Part shown: positions 9,370 through 23,944 of the stretch, one piece after another
How the letters are laid out: every line of letters begins with the position of its first letter
Numbering within the stretch: position 1 is the first letter of the stretch
NCBI RefSeq assembly: GCF_000143415.4
Contig: NW_003314344.1
Coordinates: 70,336-134,335, forward strand
Reading direction: 5' to 3'
DNA length: 64,000 nucleotides
DNA from: Selaginella moellendorffii
Lineage: Eukaryota > Plantae > Lycopodiophyta
Position numbers and translations under genes: made by a program
The notes under the pieces: generated by a model
The model's input: only the letters and a program-made list of their open reading frames with translations
What the model was told of the DNA's origin: nothing
Databases searched by the model: none

Positions 9370-12300
9370 AATGATTTACGTGTTTGATCCTTCGTCCCCG
9401 ACGACTCTCTTTTCGTTCTCAACTTTGACTAAACCTCAAGCTTGCGTTCGCACTGCCTTCAGTCCAATCCAAGAAAAGTTTATGAGAGAGCATGGCAACA
9501 ATTACTTGAATCAATAGACTCATCCCTACAGTCTTGGTTGACTCACTTGTAATCATGCCTAGGAAAGATCCATTAGTGCTGTGCTAAATAGCTACGGACC
9601 AGCCTATTTGCCACTCATAGCAAACTCAGGGAAGGTTTGCTTTTACCCACGGTACATGGAACAACTTATAGAACCATTGGAACAACTCATGGAACCAATT
9701 GCGAAGCTTTTTGCACCCAAACGTGTACCCACTCGGATCATCGTTTTCATCTCTGCGTATGCAATGAGACTAATTCCCCAATCTCATTGGATAGTACTCG
9801 CCGAGACTCATCCTCTGATACCAAATGTAGCGCACGTGGTTTTAACCCTTTATCTTATGGTGATTTACCATAGGATAACACCACGAAGCGGAACCTAAAC
9901 CCTCTATGTGCCACGTGACAGATGCCACATGTCCATAGGAACCCGAGGTTCAAAGCCTTGGGCCACTGAACGAAGGAACGGTGCCAAACTCCCAAGCATG
10001 GAGCCAAGGAGTGATGGAACCGAACCACGAAGCAACTCCCGAGCATAAAGCCCAAGGAGCGAAGGAACAGGAGCCTGGAGCGACTTGGAACAGTCCTAGA
10101 GTAACTAGCATCCCAATGCCAGGACCAGCACGCAAAACGAAGCCAAGCGGAGTCTGGCGCTATCTCAGCATACCGGTGGCCTAACGCGAGGACATGGGTA
10201 CTCCACCAGCTAGCATGGAATGGAACTTAGGTTTAGACCCAAGCCGGACGTAGAACAAGGACAGGCATGCAAGTGGGAGCTAGACTATGCCTCAGGTTGG
10301 TCGGCCATGCCCGACTTACCCACTATCCCCATTATACATTTGGAACCCCCCACAGCCCCCCCCGCTTGAGGAACATACGCTTTGGGCTTTCACCCCAAGC
10401 CTCCCTTAGTATCAGGAGTTAGTCTTTAGGACAAGCTCGAAACTTACTAAATATGGAATGTCCCTAGATTGCGAATTTGGACACGGGACGAACACCATTG
10501 TGTTCAGGACGATCTCTACATTCTGTAGATATGCCAAATGAGCAAATTTGGACACTTTCCATAAATAGCATTTGGGACCGAAATGAGACCAACACAAAAG
10601 GTATGATAGCGAGGGTGTTTGGTAGACACGGTAAGCTATCATCTAGTGATATTGAGGGACCAATATCAATATCACGGGGGTTCTTGATATTAACAAGTGC
10701 AAGCCAATGACTCAAGTTTCTCAAACCAGGCCAAGTATGCTCAACAAGAAAAACACATAGGGTTCCTACCTTATGTTTATTCAATCTAAGTTAATGGTCA
10801 TTGACCAGTTTCTCAACTAGCTCAAGTGGGAAACTGATAATAGGTCCAGCAATACCGACCTTCTGCCATCGTGGCAGTAAGGTAAGAGTGTCCATAAGGA
10901 CTAGCCGACAGGTAACTTTCGATACCTGAAGTCACATTCGCGACACTCTCCCCCCCTAGGGAAGATCGACGTCCTCGTCGATGCACACTCGAGTCTAGAA
11001 TACTGCCAAGGAAACAACTCCAGAAAAAGTTCACAGTACTCACACTATGTGAGAAATGCACCAACTTAAATGAGTTAAGAGGCAACCTCTTTGTCTAACG
11101 CAGATGTGCTACCAGCTCAGACACCTTCCGGCCGTCGCCGACAAGGAAATGACTAACGGAGTCAGCCACCCTTGCTGCTTTGGGAGTCACCCAGCTTACA
11201 AAAGTGTGATACACCCCTGCCCGCAGGGACATAGAGAGAGAAGCTAGAGGCCCTAACCCTCATGAGCAAAGAAACCAAACCCGTTAGTAAGGTTTAGATA
11301 GACTACTGTAAATAGGTAGGTAGAGTTGTTTACACGGTCACGCCCTTTTAACGGAATAAGGAACATCAACAGAGAGGTGGGTTATGTGACCAGTCGACAG
11401 TAGCTACCCCATGACTAGAGATTTCAACATGCACACAAAGTGCCAAAGCCAGTCTGCCTATATTAGCCCAAATTCAAAGATCAATAGATGGACAATATCA
11501 AAGTCATAAACAATGATATCTTAGAGTTGTAATTATCAGTGATTATATTTTAGAGTAGAACACAAAAGTATTCTAAGCAAGTTATCATCCGATAAACTAG
11601 TATAATAGTGCAGGAACCACCAAGATCATCATAAGTGGTAAATATAGGAATCACCATCTAACAAAATTCAATAGCAAATATATCATCAAGGAAACCTAAT
11701 GATGAAACTTAACTACCGAAGATTGCAGATAGAATGCCAAACAACTTACCAAAGATAACTCAAAGAACACAAAGTATCATTGACTGGCAAGCAAGATGCC
11801 CGCGAATGTATCACCCAAAGGAAACAACATTCTAATCTATCAAAATTAACTTGAGCAATAATCAACAGAACAGAATGAATGTGGCAAGACCAACAAACAT
11901 TCATTCATGCCAACTATCACACTAGCCAATCCGAATAGATCCCAGCCAACAACACTAAGGAACTCAAGTTGCCTAAACAAGTGTTAGCAACATCTTACAG
12001 ATGTCTCAAACCCAAGAGATCAATCCAGAGGAAACCACAAAGAACATGTGGTATTGCGAAAAGCCAAAAGCCATCAAAGAGAATAACTAACCATCATGAA
12101 AGATCATCAATCATCCCACCAATAAAGAGATGCATAATCATTATTGAAGAAACAATCTACCATCCCGAAGAACGGCAAATCATTCTATACCAACAATAAT
12201 CACAAAACTTTTGATAAGGATAATCAACTACCCTAGATGATAGTCAATTATCACCAATGATTGCTAAACGCAAAAGCCAACTTTATCATTGAAGCTAATA

Positions 12301-15300
12301 AGCTAAAATGCCTTCCCCAACAACTTCTAACAAATGAACCACAAGCATGAAAGCTCAAGGAACCAAAAGCTCGAAGAAGCCTATAGCTAAGTCTTTGCGT
12401 AATAGTGATCATGAGTCTGGCATAAACTAACTTCAATGCGAAAGAAGAAATCATGGTACAACACACAATATCCTTCTTAACACATCCAGAAGCTAAACTT
12501 CATAATGCCAAAGTTAATGAAGAGCATGCCTGCATCAATCAAAAAGCTAAGCATAACAAAACTATGCTCGACAAGTGATCACCAAACGATCCTCCATGAA
12601 TCTATCTATAGCAAGATGTAACTCACTTTATAACAAACACAAGAAGAATCATCAATGATTGATATATCTCAATTCAAATCCAATTAAGGATTTAAACATT
12701 CCAATATCAATCACTAAATCTTCTACTTGTAGAGTTAGCATAGTCCATGACTGAATCACTTTTCAAGGAAAAGCTAAAGCTCAACCCCTACTAAACAATT
12801 TCATCAAGAACACAACTAACTCAAACTTGCCACTCAATTTATTTGAACGTCAATATAATTGCTAATTAACAATTGCACAAATGTTAATAACACAAAGCTA
12901 CAACCAAATCATCAACACGATCTCTATCGAGACTAATGAAACTCGACATCAATCTTGTAGAGAGACATCTCATCCCACTTGAATCTCAATATGAACAATG
13001 TCAACGACAAGGCATCACTTCAATGCCATCAACACTAAAACAAAGCTAGAAGAAAGCACAAGTGTATCACCACTCAAGACTTTCTAGCAACCAAACTAAC
13101 CAAAGTTGAAGATACCTTAGTTAGTATTCGAGACCAATCTTTCAGTTACAGATAACACTTCCTCAAGGAGTGAATCACCACATCCAAGACTCTATAAAAT
13201 CTAACACCACGAACTAAATGCAACCAAATGATATCGACAGAGGTAGAGTCAACATACCAACATGGACAAACCATGTAAGTCTAACAACACGATCCTCCAC
13301 AATACCATCCGGTAAAGCAAGCCCATCACTGCTAAATCATCATTGAGTGAAGCAAGTGTCAAAAGCCCTTGACAAAGTCTACAAGCAATCATTAGTTGCA
13401 AAACAACCAATAATCACTTGTCTTGCCTTTCACAAGACCCAAACACTAACTCATGCCATTGAGTTACACACTTGTCCAACATGAACGTAATACCCCAAAT
13501 ATGAGATACAAGTTTATGGACAAGCACAAACTAAATGACCACTCAAATCCAACTCAACCGCGATAAGCTCACTAACACGTTTAGCCAATAGCTCTAAGCA
13601 TGCCTTGAAAAGGCTAGTTATGCATGATCAACACTCAGTCGAAACTAAAGTGAAGACCATGAGATGGATCTATATTGGTACACAACCTCCTTATAGACAA
13701 AGCTATAATATGGGTACTAACATCTAAAACTCAAACAATTAAGTTAGACATCACCATCCTTAGCCAAGGAGCAGGGCTACCAAGTCTAAATCAAGATCAG
13801 TGAGAGCTCACTACTCTTATAAAGTTTAACGAAATGCAAGATGCAACCTACCACCAAGCACAACGCTACAAAAAAAAGGCACAAGGGTCACCTTTCTTAG
13901 AAAAGTGCAACGCCCACTTTTCTACACCAACTTTAGACTCTATCCAACTCAATTGCTTTAGCCCTAAAAGTCAACATCCCTTTTGGGCCGCATTATACAA
14001 ACTACCTATTAAGATCTAAGCCAACCGAAGCTAACTCCAACCCCTTCACTAGTTTGTATTGGCTTACGAAAACGGAATGGTTTTCGAGCAAAATGATCAA
14101 CAGATCAGCCATTGGAAATGTCTAAGAAAATTTGTGGAAAATTTCCATCCTAGAGAAAGAATGACTCTCAGTCCAGGAATGCAAACTTTCAAGACTCAAC
14201 TAACTTTCTCCTACCAACAACTTCACATAGATTCACCTCAACACCAATTCTCATGACCCATAGTATGTTTAAGCATCGAACATCTTTTTGCCCATACTTC
14301 CGACATCCAACACCGACATTCGCAAAATGCAAAGTGAACATCCAAGGCTTGATCACGAAGACCACATTTTCGGATATTCACATTGCACTAACACTCTTTT
14401 TCAACCATTTTCAAGATCCAATGTGAAGCCAAAACACTAACAAAAAAAATGACATGGAAAATCAAGCTCTAAGGAAAATTCTTCATCACTCGAAATAATA
14501 ATGCCACTTCAACTAACACAAGTGTTAGTGATGTTAATGCCTCAACTACATATTTTCTCTATCCAATAATCTACTCCAAGTATTAACAGATAAACCAACA
14601 AGCTATAGCAAGTGAATGCTACTTCCAACACCTTATGGGCAAACCCTCACGGAAACAAAGTACCAACTCAAGCTTAGCATAATGGACCACCATCGAGAAT
14701 CCAGTCAAAGCTACTTCAATGTTACTACTTGCAAGTAGACTAGCTTCTCCATCAACCACTTTAGGGTTGATCATCGTTTAACCAAGCAACTTCGTAAACA
14801 CATTGCTCATTATCACATGGATATGATATGGAAATCACAATGACTTGATCATCAATTGAGAAACACCACGAGCAATACCCATGTCATTACTTCAAAGATT
14901 TATATGACTATTAAGTGCCAACTCGATTCGACAAAATGCAACATAAATGCTACACTCCATCAATAGAAACTTACAACACCCAACACCACTAACTTTTTTT
15001 CACAATACAGACAAGCTTATGCCACTCTCTTTCCGACCAAACTCAAAACTAATCCAACACCAAGCTACTCAAGGAGCAGTAGAAAAGATCTTCGGAAAAG
15101 AATTGAGCATTGCAACCTAAGTCTTCCAATATCAAGCTTAAACAAAATGGTATTGCGCTTCACCACTATCCATCCCACAACTCACCATTTGTAAAACCAT
15201 CATAATTAACATGCATCAAGATAGGGACCCTTGATTGCATAATGTGAATATGAGCAATGAGTCAACACCTCATTGCGAATCATTTCTTCAAGAGGAGAAA

Positions 15301-16910
15301 ATGATTTACGTGTTTGATCCTTCGTCCCCGACGACTCTCTTTTCGTTCTCAACTTTGACTAAACCTTAAGCTTGCGTTCGCACTGCCTTCAGTCCAATCC
15401 AAGAAAAGTTTATGAGAGAGCATGGCAACAATTACTTGAATCAATAGACTCATCCCTACAGTCTTGGTTGACTCACTTGTAATCATGCCTAGGAAAAATC
15501 CATTAGTGCTGTGCTAAATAGCTATGGACTAGCCTATTTGCCACTCATAGCAAACTCAGGGAAGGTTTGCTTTTACCCACGGTACATGGAACAACTTATA
15601 AAACCATTGGAACAACTCATGGAACCAATTGCGAAGCTTTTTGCACCCAAACATGTACCCACGTGGATCATCGTTTTCATCTCTGCATATGCAATGAGAC
15701 TAATTCCCCAATCTCATTGGATAGTACTCACTGAGACTCATCCTCTGATACCAAATGTAGCGCACGTGCTTTTGACCCTTTATCCTATGGTGATTTACCA
15801 TAGGATAACACCACGAAGCGGAAACTAAACCCTCTATGTGCCACGTGACAGATGCCATGTGTCACATGCCATGTGTCCATGCCATGTGTCCATAGGAACC
15901 CGAGGTTCAAGGCCTTAGGCCACTAAACGAAGGAACAGTGCCAAACTCCCAAGCATGGAGCCAAGGAGTGACGGAACCGAACCACGGAGCAACTCCCAAG
16001 CATAAAGCCCAAGGAGCGAAGGAACAGAAGCCCGGAGCGACTTGGAACAGTCCTAGAGTAACTAGCATCCCAATGCCAGGACCAGCACGCAAAATGGAGG
16101 CAAACGGAGTCTGGCACTATTTCGGCATACCGGTGGCCTAACGCGAGGACATGGGTACTCCACCAACTAGTATGGAATGGAACTTGGGCTTAGACCCAAG
16201 CCGGATGCAGAACAAGGACAAGCACGCAAGCGGGAGCTACACTATGCCTCAGGTTGGTTGGCCATGCCCGACCTACCCACTATCCCTACTATACATTTGG
16301 AACCCCCTACAACCCCCCCCCCCCCCCCCTTTGAGGAACATACGTTTTGGGCTTTCACCCCAAGCTTCCCTTAGTATCAGGAGTTAGTCTCTAGAACAAG
16401 CTCGAAACTTATTAAATATGGAATGTCCCTAGATTGCGAATTTAGACACGGGACGAACACCATTGTGTTCAGGACGATATCTACATTCTGTAGATATGCC
16501 AAATGAGCAAATTTGGACACTTTCCATAAATAGCATTTGGGACTGAAATGAGACTAACACAAAGGGTATGATAGCGAGGGTGTTTGGCAGACACGGTAAG
16601 CTATCATCTAGTGATATTGAGGGACCAATCTCAATATCATGGGGGTTCTTGATACTAACAAGTGCAAGCCAATGACTCAAGTTTCTCAAACCAGGCCGAG
16701 TATGCTCAGCAAGAAAAACACATAGGGTTCCTACCTTATGTTTATCCAATCTAAGTTAATGGTCATTGACCAGTTTCTCAACTAGCTCAAGTGGGAAACT
16801 GATAACAGGTCCAACAATACCGACCTTCTGCCATTGTGGTAGTAAGGTAAGAGTGTCCGTAAGGACTAGCTGACAGGTAACTTTCGATACCCGAAGTCAC
16901 ATTCGCGACA
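9370..16910 (-). mobile_element. Non-coding LTR retrotransposon family B, tandem LTR-int-LTR-int(truncated)
   Basis: LTRs at 15756-16910 and 9826-10945 (TGTCGCG...GCTACA on minus). tRNA-iMet PBS TGGTATCAGAG follows both LTRs. PPT at 10946-10961. The 4.8-kb interior has no long ORF. Confidence 0.9.
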
Positions 16911-17300
16911 ATTGGAAATTGCATGCTCAAAGCATCAAAAGTAGAGAGAGTAAGGGATAAAGGCCTTGAATTTGACAATAGCATTCTTTCTTGACTTGCA
17001 AGAACTAAAGCTAAGTATTCTACTAGTGAAGGAACATTCTCCACTAAAGTTGAGTTTGGAGTGACTTTGTCATCAAGTTCCATAAGAGAGAGTTGGTCTC
17101 TAGCAAGAAACAAGTCTAGAAGCCCATCCTCAATCAAAAAACACTCCAAAATGCTAGCTATGGAAGTTGATGCCATATAAGCCCTACTGTCAAATAACGA
17201 GGGCCTTGCTAGAGGCTCAGCCTTACTCTCAAATAAAGAAAGTGAGGTTGAGAGATGGCCGAAGCTGTCTAACTTGTCTCCAAGAATGTCAATCGCATTG

Positions 17301-18700
17301 CCAAGAATGCACATGACAGGATTGGGCACCAGACAAACAATGGATGTTCTCAAATGCCAAACTCAAAATGCTAGGCACCAACACTTTCATGAGGAAGCTT
17401 TTCAAGGTCTAGTACCAACTCAAGTCCAAGTTATAATGCAAACAGCCGCAGACCAAGAAACAATTGGACCAACAACCAATCTTCCTTAGCAAGTGTTTCC
17501 AGGTCGAGGGAAAAATGCTCAGTGAAATGGAAGATCAAGGCTTGGACCAAACCTGTAGGGACCTACACAAAGCAAATATGCACACATGATCCAAGAGCAT
17601 TAGATGGCCAATAACTGCAATTGGATCAAAGCCTTCTATGGCTTGGACGTATCAAAACATAGGATGCAAAAATTCCAAACTGCCTTCCACAAAGCCTAAT
17701 AGGCGTTCCTTGAGACATTACAGATAATTGACATATTAGCTCATCAATGGTGGAAGCTAAACAACATTATCATCTGTACACTCCCAGGCAGGACCTTTGG
17801 CCTGATCTTTGAGGTGGAACATGTGGGATGACTCCTTCCCATCATCACCTCAGAATATGAGGATCTCCCAGACGTGACTGCTGCCCAGCCTATCCTTGTC
17901 ATCTAGATGGAGAAGAAACAGCATGCACAGACCCAGTTATTCCAAAATGATAGTACGTCAGACTCTATTGGTTCTACCACTAAACCCTGAGTGAACTACA
18001 ATAGGACCCAGTAGAGTGGGAATGGAAGGACACGTGCAAGGGGTTCTTTCAATATGAGACCAAGCTTGGCTGACAAATGATTCGCTACTTGGTTCATTCC
18101 ACTTTTATCCAAAAAGCAAAAGCCTAGCAGGTCCTCCTCTGGAACCACTCACAGTATGTGAACAAGATTTGGAGAGGCTATTGGTCTGCCAAAAATCACT
18201 ATTTTATGTGGCTAGCCCAACAAGAATGACTCCCCTCTCTCAGGGCAATCCACCTCCTGAACACAGCATGCAATGTCTGTGGAGCAAAAGAGACTCAGTG
18301 ATATATACTATGAGAATGCTTGGCAACAGAAAAAGTCTGGGAGGGAGCCATGGCAATCCTCAAGAAAACCTTGCAAGGAGGTGCAAATGTCACCTATGAA
18401 TCTACACTTTGGGGTGGCTTCCTCCATGGGAAGACATAATGTCCAAACACTTGGAAATGGAAGCACAACGAACACCCCCACTTTGACCAACTCAATTGAA
18501 CATGCACTCACCTCACACATCTCCATCAAGAACACTTTGGGATGTACTCTAGTAGAGATTTGAAAGGCCCACTACACCAAGATGTTCAACAATAAGAACC
18601 CCTTAGCTCGGGCAACAATCTTAAAGGTCTAGTCATGACTGATTGTCACACTAGCATCTAGAGTGGACACACTGGTAAAAAAAGAAAACAAAGGGAAAGT
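17301..18700 (+). mobile_element. L1-like LINE 3' fragment
   Basis: From 18161: NKIWRGYWSAKNHYFMWLAQQE*LP...CNVCGAKETQ*YIL*ECLATEKVW (zf-RVT-like). A-rich tract near 18680. The left junction is defined by comparison with the uninterrupted Tat copy at 62580. Confidence 0.65.
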
Positions 18701-19605
18701 TGCTCAAAAACATGCTCTCTGGCGGTTCTTTAGATTTGGAAGTGAGGTTGGTAAAGATGAATGGTCTTAAGAATGATGGAGGAGCTTTTAGTGATCTGTA
18801 GCTTTACTGAGAGAGCAGCTTTGAGAGAGATGATGTTGCTCCTTGAACTAGAGTCAACCAAAGCATCCATCTTGCAAGAGGAAATACCAATTTGCACCAG
18901 GATAAAGAATGGACTGGGATCTCCACCATATTTCATCATATCAACAATGTGCACCTCTTGAGGGGCTATGCTAAGAGTGCTCTATGGTGTTCCTGACCAT
19001 GCAAATTCCTCTAAACACTAGTCAAAGCTAGGGGTGAGGCACAATATTTCATAGAGCAAAAAGGTGACAAGAGTGTCAACAAACTATTTACGAAACATGA
19101 ATATGCTGTATCACTAGATTTGGTGTAAATAGAGATTCACTCGCAACCAATGTTGGGGGATCCACCAAAATCATGTTGACTGATGAGCCTGGTGGTTTGC
19201 CTTTGCTTGATGAAGGGGCTACTTCAATCACTTGTTACTCCAATTGCTCCTAATATGTCTTTGGACCATGGAATGGTGTGGAGTTTTCACCAAAGGGATG
19301 CTATTGGACACATTGAGAAAGTGGATGAAGCTTGAAGTAACACTGTGTGTTGTGTGTGTACATCTCATAGTGAGTGCACTAATAAGACTTGAATTGGCAT
19401 TCCCGAGTTGTTGCAACCTCTTTCCTAGAGTCCACAAGCTCCCAAAGTTCTTTGTCATGGTGTGACTACTATTGAAGAGTGATCTCTTTTAGCTGCCATA
19501 TCTTATTGGCAAAGTTTTCGATAGCCAGAGGTATGTGCTCAATTGCAACGAGCTTTGGTGGCAACAAGTGAATAGTTGCATAAGGTGACTCCAATGGGGT
19601 GATAA

Positions 19606-19799
19606 TGTAAGCAACCAAAGGGAACGACTCGAGAGACAATCCATGGGGTTCAAATATAAAGGGAAAGGGCCCATTAACAAAAATGCACCTTTTTTTCCAA
19701 TTGGTTAAGGGTTTTGGGATATTTGGGGTTAAGTGTCCTTAGGTTTGAATAGTATTAGGTTGGGTGACGTTTTGGGAGCTCCAAATTCAAGAGCTTACA
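19606..19799 (+). mobile_element. Short LTR of family C (194 bp), 3' LTR of a truncated element; mirror copy at 30543-30736
   Basis: TGTAAGC...GCTTACA inverted ends, preceded by PPT-like TGGGGTGATAA. Homologous to the solo LTR at 27642. Confidence 0.75.
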
Positions 19800-20059
19800 A
19801 ATGGCTTGGTCAAAATCAATTTTGGAAATCCCTAGGTCGACAAACAACTCACTTTCTAGCTTCCTAGCAAATAAAAATACCTCATGGCAAGACTTGAATG
19901 TCTTCTTGAGAATTTTCTACTGCAATTTCCCACATATACCTACTGCAAATAACATGATCCCTTGCTGCTCATCTTGGACTACTCTATAATCCCAACACTG
20001 CTTCTACTATGCTTGAAACCTAGTGATGTAGTCGGGGATAGACTCTTGTGCACCCTACC

Positions 20060-22749
20060 TGTCGCGAATGTGACTTCGGGTATAGAAAGTTACCTGTCGG
20101 CCAATCCTTACAGACACTCTTACCTTACTGCCACGATGGAAGGTCAGTATTGCTGGACCCTTTATTAGCCCCTCTTGTGCTAGTGGAGTTAACTGGGAAT
20201 TTCGAGTGTACTTAGACCGGACGAGCATAAGGACGGAATTCCTACGTGCTATTAGCTAAGCATATTTAGCCCGGTAAGGAGTTCCAGTCTCGTTATGTCT
20301 TGCACTGGCTAGTGACAAAAACCCTCACGTATTGAGATTAGTCCCTCAATATCGTTGGATGATAGCTTACCGTGTCTGCCAAACACCCTCGCTATCATGC
20401 CCTTTGTGTTAGTCTCATTTCGGTCCCAAATGCTATTTATGGAAAGTGTCCAGACTTGCTCATTTGGCATATCTACGGAATGTAGAGATCCGTCTGAACA
20501 CAATGGTGTTCGTCCCATGTCTAAATTCGCAATCTAAGGACATTCCATATTTAGTAAGTTTTAAGCTTGTCCTAGAGACTAACTCCTAGTACTATGGGAG
20601 GCTTGGGGTGAAAGCCCAAAGCGTGTGTTCCTCAAGGGGGGGGATGTGGGTAGGTCGGGCATGGCCGACTAACCTGAGGCATAGTCTAGCTCCTGCTTGC
20701 ATGCCTGTTCTTGTTCTGCATCCGGCTTGGGTCTAAGCCCAAGTTCCATACCATGTTAGTTGGTGGGGTACCCATATCCTCGTGTTAGGCCACTCGTATG
20801 CCGAAATAGCGCCAAACTCCGTTTGGCTCCGTTTTGTGTGTTGGTCCTGGCATTGGGATGCTGGTTGCTCTAGGATTGTTCCAAGTCGCTCTGGGCTCCT
20901 GTCCCTTCGCTCCTTGGGCTGTATGGTCGGGAGTTGCTCCGTGGTCTGGTTCTGTCACTCCTTGGCTCCATGCTTGGGAGTTTGACACCGTTCCTTTGTT
21001 CAGTGGCCCAAGGCCCTAAACCTTGGGTTCCACACCACTGTTTTATGGACACGTGGCATGTGACACGTGGCATCTACCACATGGCACAAAGAGGTTTAGG
21101 TTTCGCTTCGTGGTGTTATCCTATAGTAAAGCACCATAGAATATAAGGTAAAAACCACGTGCATTACATTTGGTATCAGAGACTATGTCTCAGCGAGTAC
21201 TATCCAATGAGATTGGGCAACTAGTCTCGTTGCATACACAGAGATGAAAACAATGATCCGAGTGGGTACACGTTTGGGTGCAAAGGTTTCGCATTAGTTC
21301 CTTGGTTATAGAGTTTAGTTACCTTTTTATATTGTATGAGCTTGCTCTTGGGCTCATAAGATGGATGTAAGGGATTCAGTTGTACCATTTTGCATGAGTT
21401 TACGCTTGGGCTCATGAGTGTGGCATATTAACAACTCGAGGTTACACTTTGAGTTGGCAGGATAAATGTTGCCTATTGGTGGTTCCATGAGTTATTCAAA
21501 TAGTTCTATGAGTTGTTCCTTGTACCATGGGTAAAAGTAAATCTTCCCTGAGTTTGCAAAGAGTGGCGAATAGGCTGGTCCGTAGTTGTTTAGCATAGCA
21601 CTAGTGGATCCTTCTTAGGCATGATTACAAGTGAATCAACCAAGACTGTAGGGATTAGTCTATTGGTTCAGGTAGTCATTGCCATGCTTTTTCATAAACT
21701 TTTCTTGGATTGGACTGAAGGTATTGCGAATGCAAGCTCGAGGTTTAGTCAAAGATGAGACCGAAAAGAGAGTCATCAGGGACAAAGGATCAAACACGTA
21801 AATCATATTCTCTTTTTGGAGAGATGATTTGCAACGAGGTGTGACTCATTGCTCGTGTTCACAATATGCAATCAAGAGTCCTTACTTTGATGCATGTTGG
21901 AAATGATGGTCTTACAAGTGGTGAGTTATAGGATGGATAGCGGTGGAGCGCTAAACCATTTTGTCTATGCTTGTTATTGGAAGACTTGAGTTACAATGCT
22001 TAATTCTTTTCCAGAAAACCTTGCAATTGCTCCTTGAGTAGCTTGGTGTTGGATTAGTTTTGAGTTTGGTCGAAAAGAGAGTGGCATGAGCTTGTCCGTG
22101 TTGTGAACAAAAGTTAAATGGTGTTAGGTGTTGTAAATCTCTATCGGTGGAGTGTGGCATTTATGTTGCATTTTGTCGAGTGGAGTTGACACTTGATACT
22201 CACATGAACCTTTGAAGTAATAACATGGGTGTTGCTCGTAGTGTTGCTCAATTGATGATCAAGTCATTGTGATTTCCATATCATATCTATGTGACCGTGA
22301 GCAATGTGTTTACGAAGTTGCTTGGTTAAAAGATGATCAACCCTAAAGTGGTTGATGGAGAAACTAATCTACTTGCAAATAATAGCATTGAAGTAGCTTT
22401 GACTAAAGTTCTCAATAGTGATCCATTATGCTAAGCATAAGTTGGTACCTTGGTTTTTGACGAGTTGCCCATAAGGTGTTGGAAAAAAGTTGTAGCATTC
22501 ATTTGCTATAGCTCGTCAGTAAATCCATAGCACTTGGAGTAGATTGTTGGATGGAGAAGGTGTGAGGTTTGAGGCATTGATATTGCTAGCACTTGTGTTA
22601 GTGGAAGTGGCATTGTTATTTCCAATGATGAGGAGTTCTCCTTAGACCTTGATTTTCCATGTCATTTTTTATTTTTTAGTGTTTTGGCTTCACATTGGAT
22701 CTTGAAAGTGATTGAAAAAGAGTGTTAGTGCAATATGGATATCCAAAGA
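20060..22749 (+). mobile_element. Family B 5' LTR (20060-21168), PBS and truncated interior
   Basis: TGTCGCGAAT start, CA end, PBS TGGTATCAGAG at 21171. Interior homologous to 14365-15755. Confidence 0.9.
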
Positions 22750-23580
22750 GAGAAACTTGGGGCGAAGAGACGGAAATCTCAGAGGCGCCTTGACACGCTT
22801 GTAACGAATGGTGGTGCAAAGTTTGGGTTTGAATTTCAGGTGAATGGTGACAAAAAGAGTCTGTCAGACCACCATGAAAGGGCAAAGACTTACAACAAGC
22901 AGCACTCGGCTCAAGTCTTTATGATAAATTTCTCCATAGACAAGCAAGCTGAGGAACTGACGCCAGACAATGGAGGAGTGATGTTCGTTGGAGTTACTTT
23001 CGACACCAAGAGTGAGACTGTGGTGGTATGTTTCATAGACTTTGGAGGACGCAAGCAGGTCTTCCATGCAGCTGTCAGGAATTGGGATGGTAGAATTTCG
23101 TTCGAGTGACAAGTTTCACCATCAAATAGCTGACCTGATTTAACTGTTTGCTGGACGTCAGCTTTTGGGTAACTGCTTCAGGTCTCTGAACTCCGAGTTC
23201 CTATCAACTCCTGTGACAGGGCATGTAACAAAATCCACTTGCATACTTTGTCTACTGCTGGACGATACTAAGTAAAACATTTCAGACTATTCAACATCAG
23301 TCAGTTTCCGTTCCTTGTTTTGTACTTCTATGCATTGTCCATGGGATGGACCTCCAAAATGGAATAAACAACATTGCATCCTCTTATACCTCTTATAACT
23401 ACCATGAGAGACTTGGAAATAATGAAGAAACGATAAACAATATCTCAATGGAAAGAAAAGTTTAGTAACTAATCTGGAAAAAAGAAAGAACTTTAAAAAA
23501 ATAAAACAAGCAATAAAATGTAAAAGCCATATATGCAGCTAATTACATTAGATAATAGGATGTATCACTATAAAGAAAAG
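22750..23580 (+). pseudogene. Duplicated 3' fragment (nuclease C-terminus + 3' flank) of the chimeric gene
   Basis: Near-identical reverse complement of 3444-4274. The ORF start at 22735 comes from TE sequence. Confidence 0.92.
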
Positions 23581-23944
23581 ACCCAAGAAATGAATGCCAG
23601 ATTAATAGTTTCTGGTGCCAGAGGAGCACAATGCAAGCTTGCCTCAGCAGGAGCAGCCTCAAAAATCTCCTGCACCAGCATTAATAACGAAAGGTTGTCC
23701 AACATCTCCTCCACAAGCAGTGACGCCACCAGTTCCAGCTCTTGACACTAGACGCTAATGGCTTGTTGCATCACTGTGATCACCATAGCCGGAGACAATG
23801 TTTGGCTGCAAGAGGTGTGCAGTAGCATCCTATCTCTATTCATCCAGTGTTAAAGTCTCCCAAGCTCTTGTGTTAATCTGCTGCTCCCCATTGAGTTGAA
23901 GATTTGCTACGTGTTGTAAAGAAAGTTGTAATGATGGAGCCTAG

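Larger units (their letters stand above)
16911..20059 (-). mobile_element. Decayed Tat-like gag/protease region, left arm, interrupted by a LINE and an LTR
   Basis: Gag ESVPDYITRF...FAVGL, eroded zinc knuckle CTHYEMYTHNTQC, protease ALVDSSSRSNIIS. Continuous with 7380-9369 in the mirror copy. Confidence 0.75.

Noticed and set aside
9581-10784. Recurring short ORFs in family A and B LTRs as genes
   Set aside because: They recur only because the LTRs are repeated. Starts and stops vary between copies and no domains are recognisable.
22735-23109. Independent 124-aa gene
   Set aside because: It is a chance fusion of TE sequence to the duplicated 3' fragment.
23581-23940. Possible captured gene fragment
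   Set aside because: There is a short open stretch on the minus strand but no identifiable motif or boundaries.
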